Below are positions 37,034 to 47,280 of a stretch of 64,000 nucleotides of DNA, one piece after another (position 1 is the stretch's first letter; every line of letters starts with the position of its first letter). Position numbers and translations under genes: made by a program. This stretch comes from Porphyromonadaceae bacterium. GTDB taxonomy: Bacteria; Bacteroidota; Bacteroidia; Bacteroidales; Paludibacteraceae. The stretch is from contig JAAYIT010000048.1 in the NCBI GenBank assembly GCA_012523295.1, positions 2,300-66,299 of the forward strand. Reading direction: 5' to 3'. The notes below the pieces were generated by a model. It was not told where the DNA came from and searched no databases. It worked only from the letters and a program-made list of their open reading frames with translations.

Positions 37034-38122
37034 TTAATCAGCTTCAAAAAACACCCCAAACCTTTTCTCAAAACTATCAGGCAAATTCCCCCAATACGCT
37101 TTTGGTTCGCGGCGGACGGGATAGTGCGAGCGTTGACGCTCAAAAGTTTCGGGCGATGATTTTAGTAAATTGCTTTCGGTTAGAATATCGTAAGTTGTTT
37201 TGAAAAAATCATTGAAGCTCAAATCCTTGAAATCGCCGTCCAATCCTTTCGGTAATTCGGACGGTTCCCAATCGTTCAATCCGAGCTTGAAAAATCGGCT
37301 GATCGAACGCACGCTTTGCTGTGTGGCATTGGCTTTGCCGTCGGCCGAATAGCCGGCTATATGTGGCGTGGCAAGCGCAACCATTCCTAACAGTTCCAAA
37401 TCGATATTCGGCTCATTTTCCCAACAATCCAGCACCACATCCGACACCAACCCCGCATTTATGGCATTTTTAAGCGCTTGATTGTCCACCACTTCGCCAC
37501 GAGAAGCATTGATAAGAATGGGTTTCCGTTTCAAAGATTGAAAGAATGCTTCGTCCGCCAAATGATACGTTTTATCAATGCCTTCAAAATGCAGGAACGG
37601 GTGAAACGCGATGATATCGGCTTGTACCGCCACATCATTCAGGGAAACGAATTCGGTGTTTCCTTCTGTGCGGGCGCGTGGCGGGTCGTTGATCAACACG
37701 TTCATTCCAAACGCTTTGCAAAGTTTCGCCACACGTGAGCCCACATTCCCTACGCCCACAATTCCGATGGTTTTCGAGCGTAAATCGAAACCGTTCTTTT
37801 CGGCTAAATAAATCAACGTCGAAGCCATGTATTGCGTTACGGAAAGCGCGTTGCAACCGGGAGCATTCGCCCATTTTATATCATTATTGTCACAATACTT
37901 CGTGTCAATATGATCGTAGCCGATGGTAGCAGTAGCGATGAACTTTACTTTAGAACCTGCGAGTAATTTCTCGTTGCACTTGGTGCGAGTGCGGATTATC
38001 AGGGCATCGGCATCATGCACTACTTCAGGTGTCATCTCCTTGTAAGTGAGATACTTTACTTCTGCTATATTGTCTAATGCTCCTTGAATATAAGGTATGT
38101 TTTTATCGATTATTATTTTCAT
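37034..38122 (-). CDS. pdxB: 4-phosphoerythronate dehydrogenase
   Basis: 362 aa, starting MKIIIDKNIPY. It has an NAD-binding motif (GIVGVGNVGSRV), a D-2-hydroxyacid dehydrogenase core (INASRGEVVD, TPHIAGYS) and a PdxB-type C-terminal dimerisation domain. Confidence 0.85.
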   Translation of the reverse strand: MKIIIDKNIPYIQGALDNIAEVKYLTYKEMTPEVVHDADALIIRTRTKCNEKLLAGSKVKFIATATIGYDHIDTKYCDNNDIKWANAPGCNALSVTQYMASTLIYLAEKNGFDLRSKTIGIVGVGNVGSRVAKLCKAFGMNVLINDPPRARTEGNTEFVSLNDVAVQADIIAFHPFLHFEGIDKTYHLADEAFFQSLKRKPILINASRGEVVDNQALKNAINAGLVSDVVLDCWENEPNIDLELLGMVALATPHIAGYSADGKANATQQSVRSISRFFKLGLNDWEPSELPKGLDGDFKDLSFNDFFKTTYDILTESNLLKSSPETFERQRSHYPVRREPKAYWGNLPDSFEKRFGVFFEAD

Positions 38123-38262
38123 ACGATTAAATATTATTCTTTACATTAAGGTCCTATGGAACACGCCATTAACCATTTTCTTGGGTTTAAGATTTATCTT
38201 AAATGGCTGTTTCATACATTTTATGTTTATTTTTCACATTAAGGGTTCCATACGTTTTATGT
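38120..38262 (-). repeat. Family A module (one full unit plus a partial unit) fused to the pdxB start codon
   Basis: The reverse complement reads GTATGAAACAGCCATTTAAGATAAATC...GGCGTGTTCCATAGGACCTTAATGTAAAGAATAATATTTAATCGT-ATG(pdxB). Confidence 0.85.
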
Positions 38263-38632
38263 TTTATTGATGGAAATCCGGACTTTTATCAGCTAATTAA
38301 GAAGTGAAAGGACTTTCATTTTGCAAATTTAAGGCAAAATTCTCCATTATTGCCCCTTTTTGACTATTTTTGCGAAATGATTCCGGAAGATTTCCTAATT
38401 TTGAGCAATATAAGGTGTTTTATAAGTTGCCGCCAAAAGATGGAAATTTGAAGTGCCTGTGCTTATATTTCTTTACATTTCGTAAAAATGCTCAGTAATT
38501 TGAGATGACTTTTTAGAAAAATATCAGAATTACTTGGGTTACCTGCAGCTATTTACTGCCGGATAAAATATTGGAAATGTACTCATTTTCAGCATCAAAA
38601 GTATTGGAGCGGTATATCATGAAGTAGATAGT

Positions 38633-38980
38633 ATGTCAAAAATCACATTAAATAATATGAAATTCCATGCTTATCACGGTTGTTTAGACTTTGAAAAGCG
38701 GGACGGAAATACATTTTTGGTTTCGGTAGAAATGGAGTTGGATACCCAATCAGCCGGCAAAACGGATAGATTAGAAGACACACTTAATTACCAAGAAGTG
38801 TATGACGTGGTGAAGCGTGAAATGGAAATACCATCGAATCTGATCGAACATGTAGCGCATAGGATTTATGATTCATTAGTTGTAAATTTCCCTGAGATAA
38901 AGTCGTTGAAGGTAAAACTTTCGAAGCTCAATCCGCCTCTTGGTGGTAAAGTGGATTGTGTTAGCATTGAAATTTCTTAG
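38633..38980 (+). CDS. folB: Dihydroneopterin aldolase
   Basis: 115 aa with FHAYHGCLDFEKRDGNTF and TLNYQEVY, both typical of FolB. Confidence 0.8.
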   Translation: MSKITLNNMKFHAYHGCLDFEKRDGNTFLVSVEMELDTQSAGKTDRLEDTLNYQEVYDVVKREMEIPSNLIEHVAHRIYDSLVVNFPEIKSLKVKLSKLNPPLGGKVDCVSIEIS

Positions 38981-39159
38981 TTCCAATAAAGGAATGAAAA
39001 ACGAAAGACCGGTGTTTATTTTTGTTTTCCAAAAATGATTTCTATTTTTGTTTATTTTAGAAAGTAATTTTCTCAAGTAGTACAAATAAAAAGCAACTGA
39101 TAAACCGCAAGTCTTAAAGCTTAGAGCGAATTGTTTCTAAGTTTTGACATTTAATATCT

Positions 39160-40176
39160 ATGTCCGGAATAAAAAAATACCATAACTATTTTTTCCTTGC
39201 CGGTGTGCTTATCCTGATATTTTTAGCATACAAATTGGGATTTGGTACAATTTACGACAATTTGAAAAAAACAGGTTGGTGGTTTGTTCCTATTTTCGGG
39301 ATTTGGATTATCGTCTATCTTTTCAATGCCTGGTCACTCAATATTATCATCACGGACAACACAGATGAATCAAAAAAAGTAAATATCTGGAAACTGTTGA
39401 AACTGACGATAAGTGCTTACGGCATAAATTATATTACCCCCTTAAGTATCGGAGGTGAGCCTTATAAAGTTCTCAATCTCAAAGATGATATCGGTACACA
39501 CAAAGCCACTTCTTCTGTGCTTCTGTATGTGATGATGCATTATGTGTCTCACTTTTTTTTCTGGCTAATTTCCATTCCGGTCTTTGTTTTTATAATGCCC
39601 GAAATTTCTCCGGCAATTCAGATTGTACTGTGGAGCGTTTTTATCGCTTGTGTTTTGCTGATTTTATGGGGGTATTCCGTTTTCAAAAAAGGCATTATTA
39701 ATAATGCGCTGAAAGTCTGCTCTAACATACCTTTCTTAGGGAGAAAAATAAATATTTACCGAGAAAAAAATAAGCATCATTTTGATGAAATGGACAGGCT
39801 GATTGCTGATTTATACATCAATCGCAAAAGAGATTTTTTCTCTTCACTTTTCGTAGAGCTTATTTCCCGATATATTTCCTGTTTTGAGGTTTATTTTATG
39901 GCAGTTCCGCTCGGGTTTGATCTCACGTTTATTCAGTCATATTTGATTGTTTCTATCGCCACTTTAGTTGCCAATATCTTCTTTTTCGCCCCCATGCAAA
40001 TGGGAACACGTGAAGGCGGATTTGTATTGGCAGCCACAACCCTCGCTATTCCTGCCGGAGCAGGAGTTTATATTGGCCTGTGCACACGGATTAGAGAATT
40101 ATTCTGGATCTTTATTGGTGTGGCGCTTACAAAAATCTCATTTCAGTTCAAAAAATCTGCCGGTACACAATATTAA
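39160..40176 (+). CDS. Polytopic membrane protein, UPF0104 / lysyl-PG-synthase-TM-like (flippase-like)
   Basis: 338 aa with about 8 predicted TM helices and a GGEPYKV-type motif (LSIGGEPYKVL). Confidence 0.6.
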   Translation: MSGIKKYHNYFFLAGVLILIFLAYKLGFGTIYDNLKKTGWWFVPIFGIWIIVYLFNAWSLNIIITDNTDESKKVNIWKLLKLTISAYGINYITPLSIGGEPYKVLNLKDDIGTHKATSSVLLYVMMHYVSHFFFWLISIPVFVFIMPEISPAIQIVLWSVFIACVLLILWGYSVFKKGIINNALKVCSNIPFLGRKINIYREKNKHHFDEMDRLIADLYINRKRDFFSSLFVELISRYISCFEVYFMAVPLGFDLTFIQSYLIVSIATLVANIFFFAPMQMGTREGGFVLAATTLAIPAGAGVYIGLCTRIRELFWIFIGVALTKISFQFKKSAGTQY

Positions 40177-40256
40177 ATTTAAACTTTTTTCACTCAAATC
40201 AGTCTTAAATTTAACCCGATTCCCTTTAATTTACTCGAAAACAGAACAAAAAATCA

Positions 40257-40769
40257 ATGCAGCTTGAACAAGACAAAACCAAGTCTTTTTCTGAAATAGT
40301 ACAAACATTTCAGGAGCGGCTATATTGGCATATACGGCAAATGGTGTTGGTACATGATGATGCGAATGACATCCTGCAAAATACTTTTTTAAAGGCTTGG
40401 AATGGATTGGATAAATTTCGGGGCGATTCTCAACTTTCAACTTGGTTGTATCGGATTGCTACCAACGAAACACTCACCTTCTTAGCTCAAAAGAGGATGA
40501 GAAATGTATTCTCGATTGATGAAACGGAAGATTTACTATTCAATAATCTTCAGGCTGACAGTTTTTTTGATGGTGATGAAGCCCAACTGAAATTACAAAA
40601 AGCGATTCTCACACTGCCGGAAAAGCAAAGACTGGTTTTTAATATGCGTTTTTACGAAGAAATGCCATACGATCAGATGAGCGAGATTCTTGGAACTTCG
40701 GTTGGTGCATTGAAAGCTTCTTATCATCATGCTGCGAAAAAAGTTGAAGAATTCCTGAAAAAAGAATGA
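40257..40769 (+). CDS. ECF-type RNA polymerase sigma-70 factor
   Basis: 170 aa with region 2 (DANDILQNTFLKAW, FRGDSQLSTWLYRIATN) and region 4 (LPEKQRLVFNMRFYEEMPYDQMSEILGTSVGALKASYHHAAKKV). Confidence 0.88.
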   Translation: MQLEQDKTKSFSEIVQTFQERLYWHIRQMVLVHDDANDILQNTFLKAWNGLDKFRGDSQLSTWLYRIATNETLTFLAQKRMRNVFSIDETEDLLFNNLQADSFFDGDEAQLKLQKAILTLPEKQRLVFNMRFYEEMPYDQMSEILGTSVGALKASYHHAAKKVEEFLKKE

Positions 40770-40922
40770 GTAGAGAGCTAAAAAACCGGCTACAGGATGC
40801 CCGATAACACGAGACAAGGAAAATTTGATTAAAAAGGATATCAAGGACAATAAAAACTTTTAACAATTTACCTGCTTTACCAAATTTAAACCTTTGAATT
40901 ATTATTAAGTCTAAATACAAAA

Positions 40923-41240
40923 ATGGAAGAAAACAAATACATAGAGATGCAAAAAATAGGGAATAGACGTCCATTCTCTGTTCCTGAAAATTACTTTGAA
41001 GATTTTACAGCTCAAATGGTAAGTTTGACTGTTGAATCATCTGCTCCAAAGCGCTCATTAGTAAGGCCATGGATGTATGGCGCTGTTGCTTCCCTGATTG
41101 GGGTTGTTATGCTCGGACAAGTATTCTTGTCGAATAATAAAAAACAAGAATTGGCTTCCGAAACCTATGATACTTATATTTTATCTCAGGTAAATGAGAA
41201 TTCGATAATCGATTATTATTTAGCATCTGAAACTGATTAA
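40923..41240 (+). CDS. Single-pass membrane protein, candidate anti-sigma factor
   Basis: 105 aa with one TM helix (WMYGAVASLIGVVMLGQVFL), placed directly after the ECF sigma gene. Confidence 0.4.
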   Translation: MEENKYIEMQKIGNRRPFSVPENYFEDFTAQMVSLTVESSAPKRSLVRPWMYGAVASLIGVVMLGQVFLSNNKKQELASETYDTYILSQVNENSIIDYYLASETD

Positions 41241-41249
41241 TTTAAGATA

Positions 41250-41711
41250 ATGAAAAAACTTACGCTACTTGCCTGGTTATTTACATTTGTATTGGTATCA
41301 GCACATGCACAAGACCAGAATCGGCATAGAAATTTTGACATTAATAAATTTCATGAAAGAAAATGGGAATTTATGATGTCTGAAGTCAAACTTTCTCCGG
41401 CAGAAATGAGTTTGGTGAAACCGGTATTTTTAAATTACGAGAAAAATGGTTGGGAACTTCACAGACAAACCCGTGACTTGTTCAGAAAAACCAGAAATGG
41501 CACTATGACTGAGAAAGATTACAGCGAACTGAATGACAAAATGATAAATATGGAGATAAAACGATCACAATATCTTCGAGAATACCATATGAAACTTCGA
41601 AAACTTTTGAAGCCTGAAACTCTATTTAAGTATTACAGAGCCGAAAAAAGCTTCGAAAGGCAACTTTTAACTAAAAGACCTCAGGGTGAACCATCAAGAG
41701 GAAATAAGTAA
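41250..41711 (+). CDS. Secreted helical protein (Spy/CpxP-like periplasmic protein candidate)
   Basis: 153 aa with a signal peptide (VSAHAQ). It is charged and helical, and is the third gene of the ECF module. Confidence 0.4.
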   Translation: MKKLTLLAWLFTFVLVSAHAQDQNRHRNFDINKFHERKWEFMMSEVKLSPAEMSLVKPVFLNYEKNGWELHRQTRDLFRKTRNGTMTEKDYSELNDKMINMEIKRSQYLREYHMKLRKLLKPETLFKYYRAEKSFERQLLTKRPQGEPSRGNK

Positions 41712-41872
41712 TAGTTTTTTTTTCATAAGTTAATGATTAATTAGAGTTGGAAATGGCGTGAACGAGAGTTTACGCCATTTTATTTTTCAGGTGAATGGCA
41801 GTTGGGATGAATTCGATTGATTTGTGTTGTAAAAAAACAAAAATAATACTATCTTTGCAGTCCGAATAAAAC

Positions 41873-41943
41873 GGTACCTTGGCCGAGTGGTTAGGCACCG
41901 GTCTGCAAAACCGTCTACAGCGGTTCGAATCCGCTAGGTACCT
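41873..41943 (+). tRNA. tRNA-Cys (GCA)
   Basis: A 71-nt cloverleaf with acceptor GGTACCT/AGGTACC, anticodon loop CTGCAAA and T-arm AGCGG-TTCGAAT-CCGCT. CCA is not encoded. Confidence 0.9.
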
Positions 41944-41950
41944 CAAAAAT

Positions 41951-41988
41951 AAAAACCTTTTGTGAGTCAATCACAAGAGGTTTTTTAT
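41951..41988 (+). terminator. Rho-independent terminator after tRNA-Cys
   Basis: Stem AACCTTTTGTGA / TCACAAGAGGTT followed by a T-run. Confidence 0.75.
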
Positions 41989-42058
41989 TTCTGCAAACGT
42001 TTTATATTACATTTAGAGTACTTAACTTATTTTTCTATTGTTTGGAGCAGGTATTTGT

Positions 42059-42066
42059 TATTTTTG
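42059..42066 (+). promoter_or_regulatory. Candidate -7 promoter box (TAnnTTTG) for malQ
   Basis: TATTTTTG lies 22 nt upstream of the ATG at 42088. Confidence 0.35.
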
Positions 42067-42087
42067 CAAATATAATATAACAAGCCT

Positions 42088-44763
42088 ATGTTAGCAAAAT
42101 TCAATCTCAACTATAAAGCCTACTGGGGACAGACTGTTTTTCTACATATTTACGACGAAAATGAGAATTTCGAAGAGTATGAAATGGTGTGTGTCAACGA
42201 GTCAGAATGGAAAGTCGAAATTAAAATTCAAGCCGAGAAAAAATCAATTACCTACCGATATTGCCTCAAGGAAGAGAATGAAATATGCCGAAATGAATTT
42301 AATGGCACAAGAAAATTTGAAATTCCCTCAAATATTGAAAAAATCAATTTTCGGGATTATTGGAGAATGCCAAATGGCGATAGTCCTTTTGATACGATTG
42401 CTTTTACAGATGTTTTCTTCAAAAGAAAAAGAACAAACCGGAAGAAACCCGATAATCAAAATGAGAATTTTATCCTTCAGCTTCGTTGCTCACAAATGGA
42501 GCCCGATCGTCATTTCGCGATTATAGGCAACCAGGACGTACTCGGCAACTGGGATGTGACTAAAAAAGTTCGATTAGATGAAAGTAATTTTCCTGTTTGG
42601 TCTATTTCATTAAATGCTGATGAATTAAAATTTCCATTGGAATATAAATTTCTGATCGTAGATACTAAAACCGATGAGGTGCTGGCGTGGGGTGGTGGAC
42701 CGAACAGAAAAGTAGAAGAAGTAGATTCCTCGGAACTTACAATTGTGACAGATGAGAATTTTATCCGTACAATTCCTTCCTGGAAAACAGCCGGCGTGGC
42801 TATACCGGTGTTTTCCCTGCGAAGTGAAGAAAGTTTTGGTACGGGTGATTTTATGGATCTAAAAAAAATGGTTGATTGGGCAAAGCTGACCGGACAAAGT
42901 TTTATCCAGATTTTGCCGATTAATGACACTATTCTCAACCATTCCAACTACGATTCATATCCATATAATGCAGTTTCTGTCTATGCCCTGCACCCGATTT
43001 ATTTGCGATTGGAAAAAATGGGCATTCCTGTCGGCAAGAGAGATTTAGCCTATTTTCAGAAAAAGAAAAAAGAGTTGAATGAGAATGACTTTTCTGATTA
43101 TCAAAATGTATTAAATGAGAAATGGAAGTATTTTAAACTCCTGTTTGATCAGGATGGAGAATCGGTTTTTCAGTCAAAAAAATATAGAACATTTTTCAAA
43201 AACAACCAAGAATGGCTTGTCCCTTATGGCGTGTTTTCGTATTTGAGGGATAAAAATGGGACGCCTGAATTTAGTAAATGGGCTGAACATCAGGTTTATG
43301 ACAAAGAGAAAATAGATGCGCTTGCTGACCCGGAATCACCTCTTTACAATGAAATTTCATTCTATTACTTCTTGCAGTATCATCTTCACAACCAGTTGGT
43401 AGAGGTGCGGGATTATGCTCACAGCAAAGGTGTGGCACTGAAAAGCGATGTGCCAATCGGCGTTAGTCCTCGCAGTGTGGATGCATGGGTGGAACCGCAA
43501 CTTTTCAACACAACAATGCAAGCGGGAGCACCGCCTGACGACTTTTCTGTAACGGGTCAAAACTGGGGCTTCCCCACATATAACTGGGAGGAAATGGAAA
43601 AAGATGATTATCAGTGGTGGAAAAAACGTTTTCGGAAATTTGTGGAATATTTTGACGCGTACCGGATTGACCACATACTCGGATTTTTCCGCATTTGGGA
43701 GATCCCCGGAGATGCAGTTTGGGCTTTGACAGGAAGCTTTAATCCTGCCTTGCCATTTAGTGTGCAAGATTTACAAGCACGAGGGCTTTGGTGGGATGAA
43801 AACCGACTGCTGAAACCTTACTTAAAAGAACATGTAATTCGAGCCATTTTCGGGAAATATGCCGACGATGTGATGCGGGAATATTTGATAATGGACGGTT
43901 GGCAAAACTTCAAATTTAAGCCCGAATTTGATACGCAGAAGAAAATTGAAGTGCATTTTGCGTCATTGGGATATAATTACACCGAGAAAGAGCTGAAAAT
44001 CCGCGATGGGCTTTACGCGCTCCATTGTGAAGTGCTTTTTGTGCGGGACAAACGAAATTCTCAGCTTTTTCACCCTCGAATTTCGATGCACTCATCACAT
44101 ACTTTTCGTGATTTAGATGATAATTCTCGGAGGATTTTAGATAAAATTTACATTGAATATTTCTATCACCGGCACAATGAATTCTGGAAAGAACAGGCAT
44201 TGAAAAAACTTCCCGCTATTATTTCTGCGACAAATATGCTCGTATGCGGAGAGGACTTGGGGATGGTGCCTGATAGTGTGCCGGAAGTGATGCAGAAGTT
44301 AGAATTGCTGAGTCTTGAAATACAGCGAATGCCGAAAAAGCCGAGCGCCGAATTTGCCATGCCGGAAGACGCTCCGTATTTGTCGGTTTGCACCACGTCC
44401 ACGCACGATATGAACCCAATCCGAGCTTGGTGGGAAGAGGATAAAGCTTTGACACAACGATTTTACAATCGTGCATTGGGACTTCAAGGACCTGCGCCGG
44501 AAACGCTGACGCCACTTTTAGCTGAGAAAATCATTGATCAACATTTGCAATCGGACGCCATGCTGGTAATTTTGCCTTGGCAGGATTGGATGGCGATAGA
44601 TAAAAAATTGCAACTCAAAAATCCTCACGCAGAACGAATTAACGTGCCCGCCGACCCGCGGAATTTCTGGTGCTACCGTATGCACTTGACGTTGGAACAG
44701 CTTCTTTCGGAAAAGAAATTCAATGCCAAAGTGAAGCGGATGATAAAGGAGAGTGGACGTTGA
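42088..44763 (+). CDS. malQ: 4-alpha-glucanotransferase (GH77) with N-terminal starch-binding (CBM20-like) modules
   Basis: 891 aa with two N-terminal beta-sandwich-like modules, followed by GH77 blocks (GVAIPVFSLRSEESFGTGDF, YRIDHILGFFRIWEIP, VCGEDLGMVP, TSTHDM). Confidence 0.88.
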   Translation: MLAKFNLNYKAYWGQTVFLHIYDENENFEEYEMVCVNESEWKVEIKIQAEKKSITYRYCLKEENEICRNEFNGTRKFEIPSNIEKINFRDYWRMPNGDSPFDTIAFTDVFFKRKRTNRKKPDNQNENFILQLRCSQMEPDRHFAIIGNQDVLGNWDVTKKVRLDESNFPVWSISLNADELKFPLEYKFLIVDTKTDEVLAWGGGPNRKVEEVDSSELTIVTDENFIRTIPSWKTAGVAIPVFSLRSEESFGTGDFMDLKKMVDWAKLTGQSFIQILPINDTILNHSNYDSYPYNAVSVYALHPIYLRLEKMGIPVGKRDLAYFQKKKKELNENDFSDYQNVLNEKWKYFKLLFDQDGESVFQSKKYRTFFKNNQEWLVPYGVFSYLRDKNGTPEFSKWAEHQVYDKEKIDALADPESPLYNEISFYYFLQYHLHNQLVEVRDYAHSKGVALKSDVPIGVSPRSVDAWVEPQLFNTTMQAGAPPDDFSVTGQNWGFPTYNWEEMEKDDYQWWKKRFRKFVEYFDAYRIDHILGFFRIWEIPGDAVWALTGSFNPALPFSVQDLQARGLWWDENRLLKPYLKEHVIRAIFGKYADDVMREYLIMDGWQNFKFKPEFDTQKKIEVHFASLGYNYTEKELKIRDGLYALHCEVLFVRDKRNSQLFHPRISMHSSHTFRDLDDNSRRILDKIYIEYFYHRHNEFWKEQALKKLPAIISATNMLVCGEDLGMVPDSVPEVMQKLELLSLEIQRMPKKPSAEFAMPEDAPYLSVCTTSTHDMNPIRAWWEEDKALTQRFYNRALGLQGPAPETLTPLLAEKIIDQHLQSDAMLVILPWQDWMAIDKKLQLKNPHAERINVPADPRNFWCYRMHLTLEQLLSEKKFNAKVKRMIKESGR

Positions 44764-44919
44764 TTTCAGGTTTCGGGTTCTGTGTTTCGCGTTTCGGGTT
44801 GTTTTTTTTGTTTTCATTCTGTGAAATATACAGAATTTGCGGAGTATTTTTTATTGTCATCTCGACTTTTCTTAAAACAGTAGAAAACATAGAATAATTT
44901 ATACTTAGTAGTATTCAAA

Positions 44920-45065
44920 AAATAAAGGAATAAGGTTGATAATTAGTCTTATTCGAAGTTATTAAGGTTAAAATTGAAGATAAGGTTTTAAACCTTATTC
45001 TAAATAGTTAGAGCCTTAATAACACTGACGCAAACAAAGATATTCAACTTTATTACCTTGTTTTC
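44920..45065. repeat. Family C palindromic element, short variant
   Basis: Mirrored blocks GGAATAAGGTTG / GTTATTAAGGTT / AGATAAGGTTTTAAACCTTATTC / GCCTTAATAAC / CTTTATTACC. Confidence 0.7.
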
Positions 45066-45312
45066 AAAAACACTAAAGTTTGAGACTTTCTTTTCTCTAT
45101 CTTTCTTTTTCTCTTATTTTATTGTTATCGAATTTTGATAAAATGTCCTAATTTGGTTGAAAAGTGTACTACAGTTTGCTATGTTTTTTACAGGTCAAGG
45201 CGACTTCTTTATAATCATAATTTGTGACCTTGAAAAAAAGTGGAATTAACACTTCAATCTGTAAAATCAAATATCTCTCTATTTAATCCTTTCAAACACC
45301 CCTTGTTTTTCT

Positions 45313-45320
45313 TACCTTTG
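45313..45320 (+). promoter_or_regulatory. Candidate -7 promoter box (TAnnTTTG) for the purM-like gene
   Basis: TACCTTTG lies 35 nt upstream of the ATG at 45355. Confidence 0.35.
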
Positions 45321-45354
45321 CAAAAATAACAACCGGCAATTTCTTTTTAAAATT

Positions 45355-46563
45355 ATGTCAGCAAATCAAGAAAATTCGAAAGTCACCCAAACTGGAGATT
45401 TAGAAGGCAGATACGACCTGCGGGGTGTTTCCGCTTCTAAAGAAGATGTTCACAACGCCATTAAAAACATTGATAAAGGACTTTATCCAAAGGCTTTTTG
45501 CAAAATTATTCCTGATTTTTTGGGGAATGATCCCGAATATTGCAATATCATGCATGCCGATGGGGCAGGAACGAAATCGTCACTGGCTTATGTCTATTGG
45601 CGTGAAACGGGCGATTTGTCCGTATGGAAAGGAATTGCGCAGGATGCACTGATCATGAATGTTGATGATTTAATTTGCGTAGGTGCAACGGATAATATCT
45701 TACTTTCTTCAACGATTGGAAGAAACAAAAACCGAATCCCGGGTGAAGTGATTTCGGCGATTATCAACGGTACGAGCGAATTAGTAGCCGAACTACGTGA
45801 AATGGGTGTGAATATCTACGAAACAGGCGGCGAAACGGCTGATGTGGGCGATTTAGTTAGGACAATCATTGTGGATAGTACGGTTACTTGCCGGATGAAA
45901 CGAGCGGATGTGATTGACAATGCCAATATCCGGGCGGGTGATGTGATTGTTGGTCTTTCGTCGAGCGGACAAGCGACTTATGAAAAAGAATACAACGGCG
46001 GAATGGGTAGCAATGGTCTTACTTCTGCGCGTCATGATGTTTTCGCGAGTTACTTGGCCGAAAAATATCCTGAAAGTTATAACCCGGAAATACCGCGAGA
46101 TTTAGCCTATTCAGGTGGGAAAAAACTGACTGACAAAATTGAAAACTTGGGTATTGATGCCGGGAAATTGGTGCTTTCACCAACGAGAACGTATGCTCCG
46201 GTAGTCAAAAAAATGCTCGAAACGCTTCGTCCACACATTCACGGTATGGTGCATTGCAGTGGCGGAGCACAAACAAAAATTCTGCACTTTATCGACAACT
46301 TGAAAGTGGTGAAAAACAACCTGTTCCCCATTCCTCCACTTTTCCGACTTATCCACGAACAATCCGGCACCGACTGGAAAGAAATGTACAAGGTTTTCAA
46401 TATGGGACACCGTTTGGAAGTTTACCTGCCAAAAGAATATGCCCAAGAAGTTATCGATATCTCCAAATCATTCGGTATTGATGCGCAAATTGTGGGTTAT
46501 TGCGAAGCTTCTGACAAGAAAGAATTAGTGATTGAAAGTGAGTTTGGACGGTTTCTTTATTGA
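45355..46563 (+). CDS. AIR-synthase-family protein (probable phosphoribosylformylglycinamidine cyclo-ligase)
   Basis: 402 aa with PurM-like N- and C-domains (MHADGAGTKS, NVDDLICVGA, GGETADVG, GLSSSGQ...GMGSNGLTSARHDV). Confidence 0.6.
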   Translation: MSANQENSKVTQTGDLEGRYDLRGVSASKEDVHNAIKNIDKGLYPKAFCKIIPDFLGNDPEYCNIMHADGAGTKSSLAYVYWRETGDLSVWKGIAQDALIMNVDDLICVGATDNILLSSTIGRNKNRIPGEVISAIINGTSELVAELREMGVNIYETGGETADVGDLVRTIIVDSTVTCRMKRADVIDNANIRAGDVIVGLSSSGQATYEKEYNGGMGSNGLTSARHDVFASYLAEKYPESYNPEIPRDLAYSGGKKLTDKIENLGIDAGKLVLSPTRTYAPVVKKMLETLRPHIHGMVHCSGGAQTKILHFIDNLKVVKNNLFPIPPLFRLIHEQSGTDWKEMYKVFNMGHRLEVYLPKEYAQEVIDISKSFGIDAQIVGYCEASDKKELVIESEFGRFLY

Positions 46564-46635
46564 TTTTAGAGTTACGAAGTACGATTTACGATTGGATAAT
46601 TAAGCGATCGTAAATCTAAAATCGTAAATTGTAAA

Positions 46636-47280
46636 TTATTCAAATACAGTACTATAGCTATTCAAAAGTAGCCTTTTCGCATACTCCGTTGCTTCTTCCA
46701 ATCCATCTTTCCCTGAATATCCGTTGATTATCATCAGCAGATTGGTGGTGTCGAGGGAGATTTTGGTGCGCTCTTCATCACTTGTAGGTGTTCCGATACC
46801 GCCGATATTGTCTCGATACACGGGTAAGCCTTCAATATTCAGTAATCCGCGACCAATCGCTTCGAACTTTTCGCCCGCTTTTCCCACTCCCAAAATCAAA
46901 TCACCATCAATTAAATCCGCATCAAATCCGCCGATGGAATAGCCTGTTTTCATTGATACGAGATTAATCAAATCCACAATTGTGTCAATTTGATAAAGCG
47001 GAATGCCCCTTACAATCCGTCTGAGCAACGCTTCTGCCGATGGTCGGTAGCGGTTTGGGTCTTTTCCGAGTTTTTTGTAGGTGTTGCGAGTCTCAAGAAT
47101 GTTTGGAAGCTTATTTATTTGATTTAGTTTTGTTTCAGAAGTAAATTTCTCAGAAAATGCGGTGATTTCCTGCCAGAGTTCTTCGTTGTAAGGTGTATTT
47201 TTCACCTCACATTGAATGGCAGAAAAGGCAAAAACGGGACAAATATTGTAAATTTCAGGGCTGACAGAGATATTGATCAT
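46636..47280 (-). CDS. B3/B4 tRNA-binding-domain protein (PheT-related)
   Basis: 214 aa with KDPNRYRPSAEALLRR and IDTIVDLINLVSMKTGYSIGGFD, both typical of stand-alone B3/B4 proteins. Confidence 0.7.
   Translation of the reverse strand: MINISVSPEIYNICPVFAFSAIQCEVKNTPYNEELWQEITAFSEKFTSETKLNQINKLPNILETRNTYKKLGKDPNRYRPSAEALLRRIVRGIPLYQIDTIVDLINLVSMKTGYSIGGFDADLIDGDLILGVGKAGEKFEAIGRGLLNIEGLPVYRDNIGGIGTPTSDEERTKISLDTTNLLMIINGYSGKDGLEEATEYAKRLLLNSYSTVFE

Noticed and set aside
36128-37203. Twin plus-strand ORFs starting MVIIFWKTLIEFGFMFYIFPQINLGVI / MVTIFWKTPTEFGFMFCVFPQINLGVI (36128..36367 and 36913..37203)
   Set aside because: Their similarity comes from the duplicated 135-bp RAYT leader and hairpin module. 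The reading frames diverge as soon as the repeat ends, and the second overlaps the pdxB 3' end.
38263-38632. Possible folate-type riboswitch in the 370-bp gap upstream of folB
   Set aside because: I could not recognise any conserved THF-riboswitch core or convincing nested helices. The gap is long but unassigned.
41770-41970. 66-aa minus-strand ORF
   Set aside because: It overlaps tRNA-Cys and its terminator on the opposite strand.
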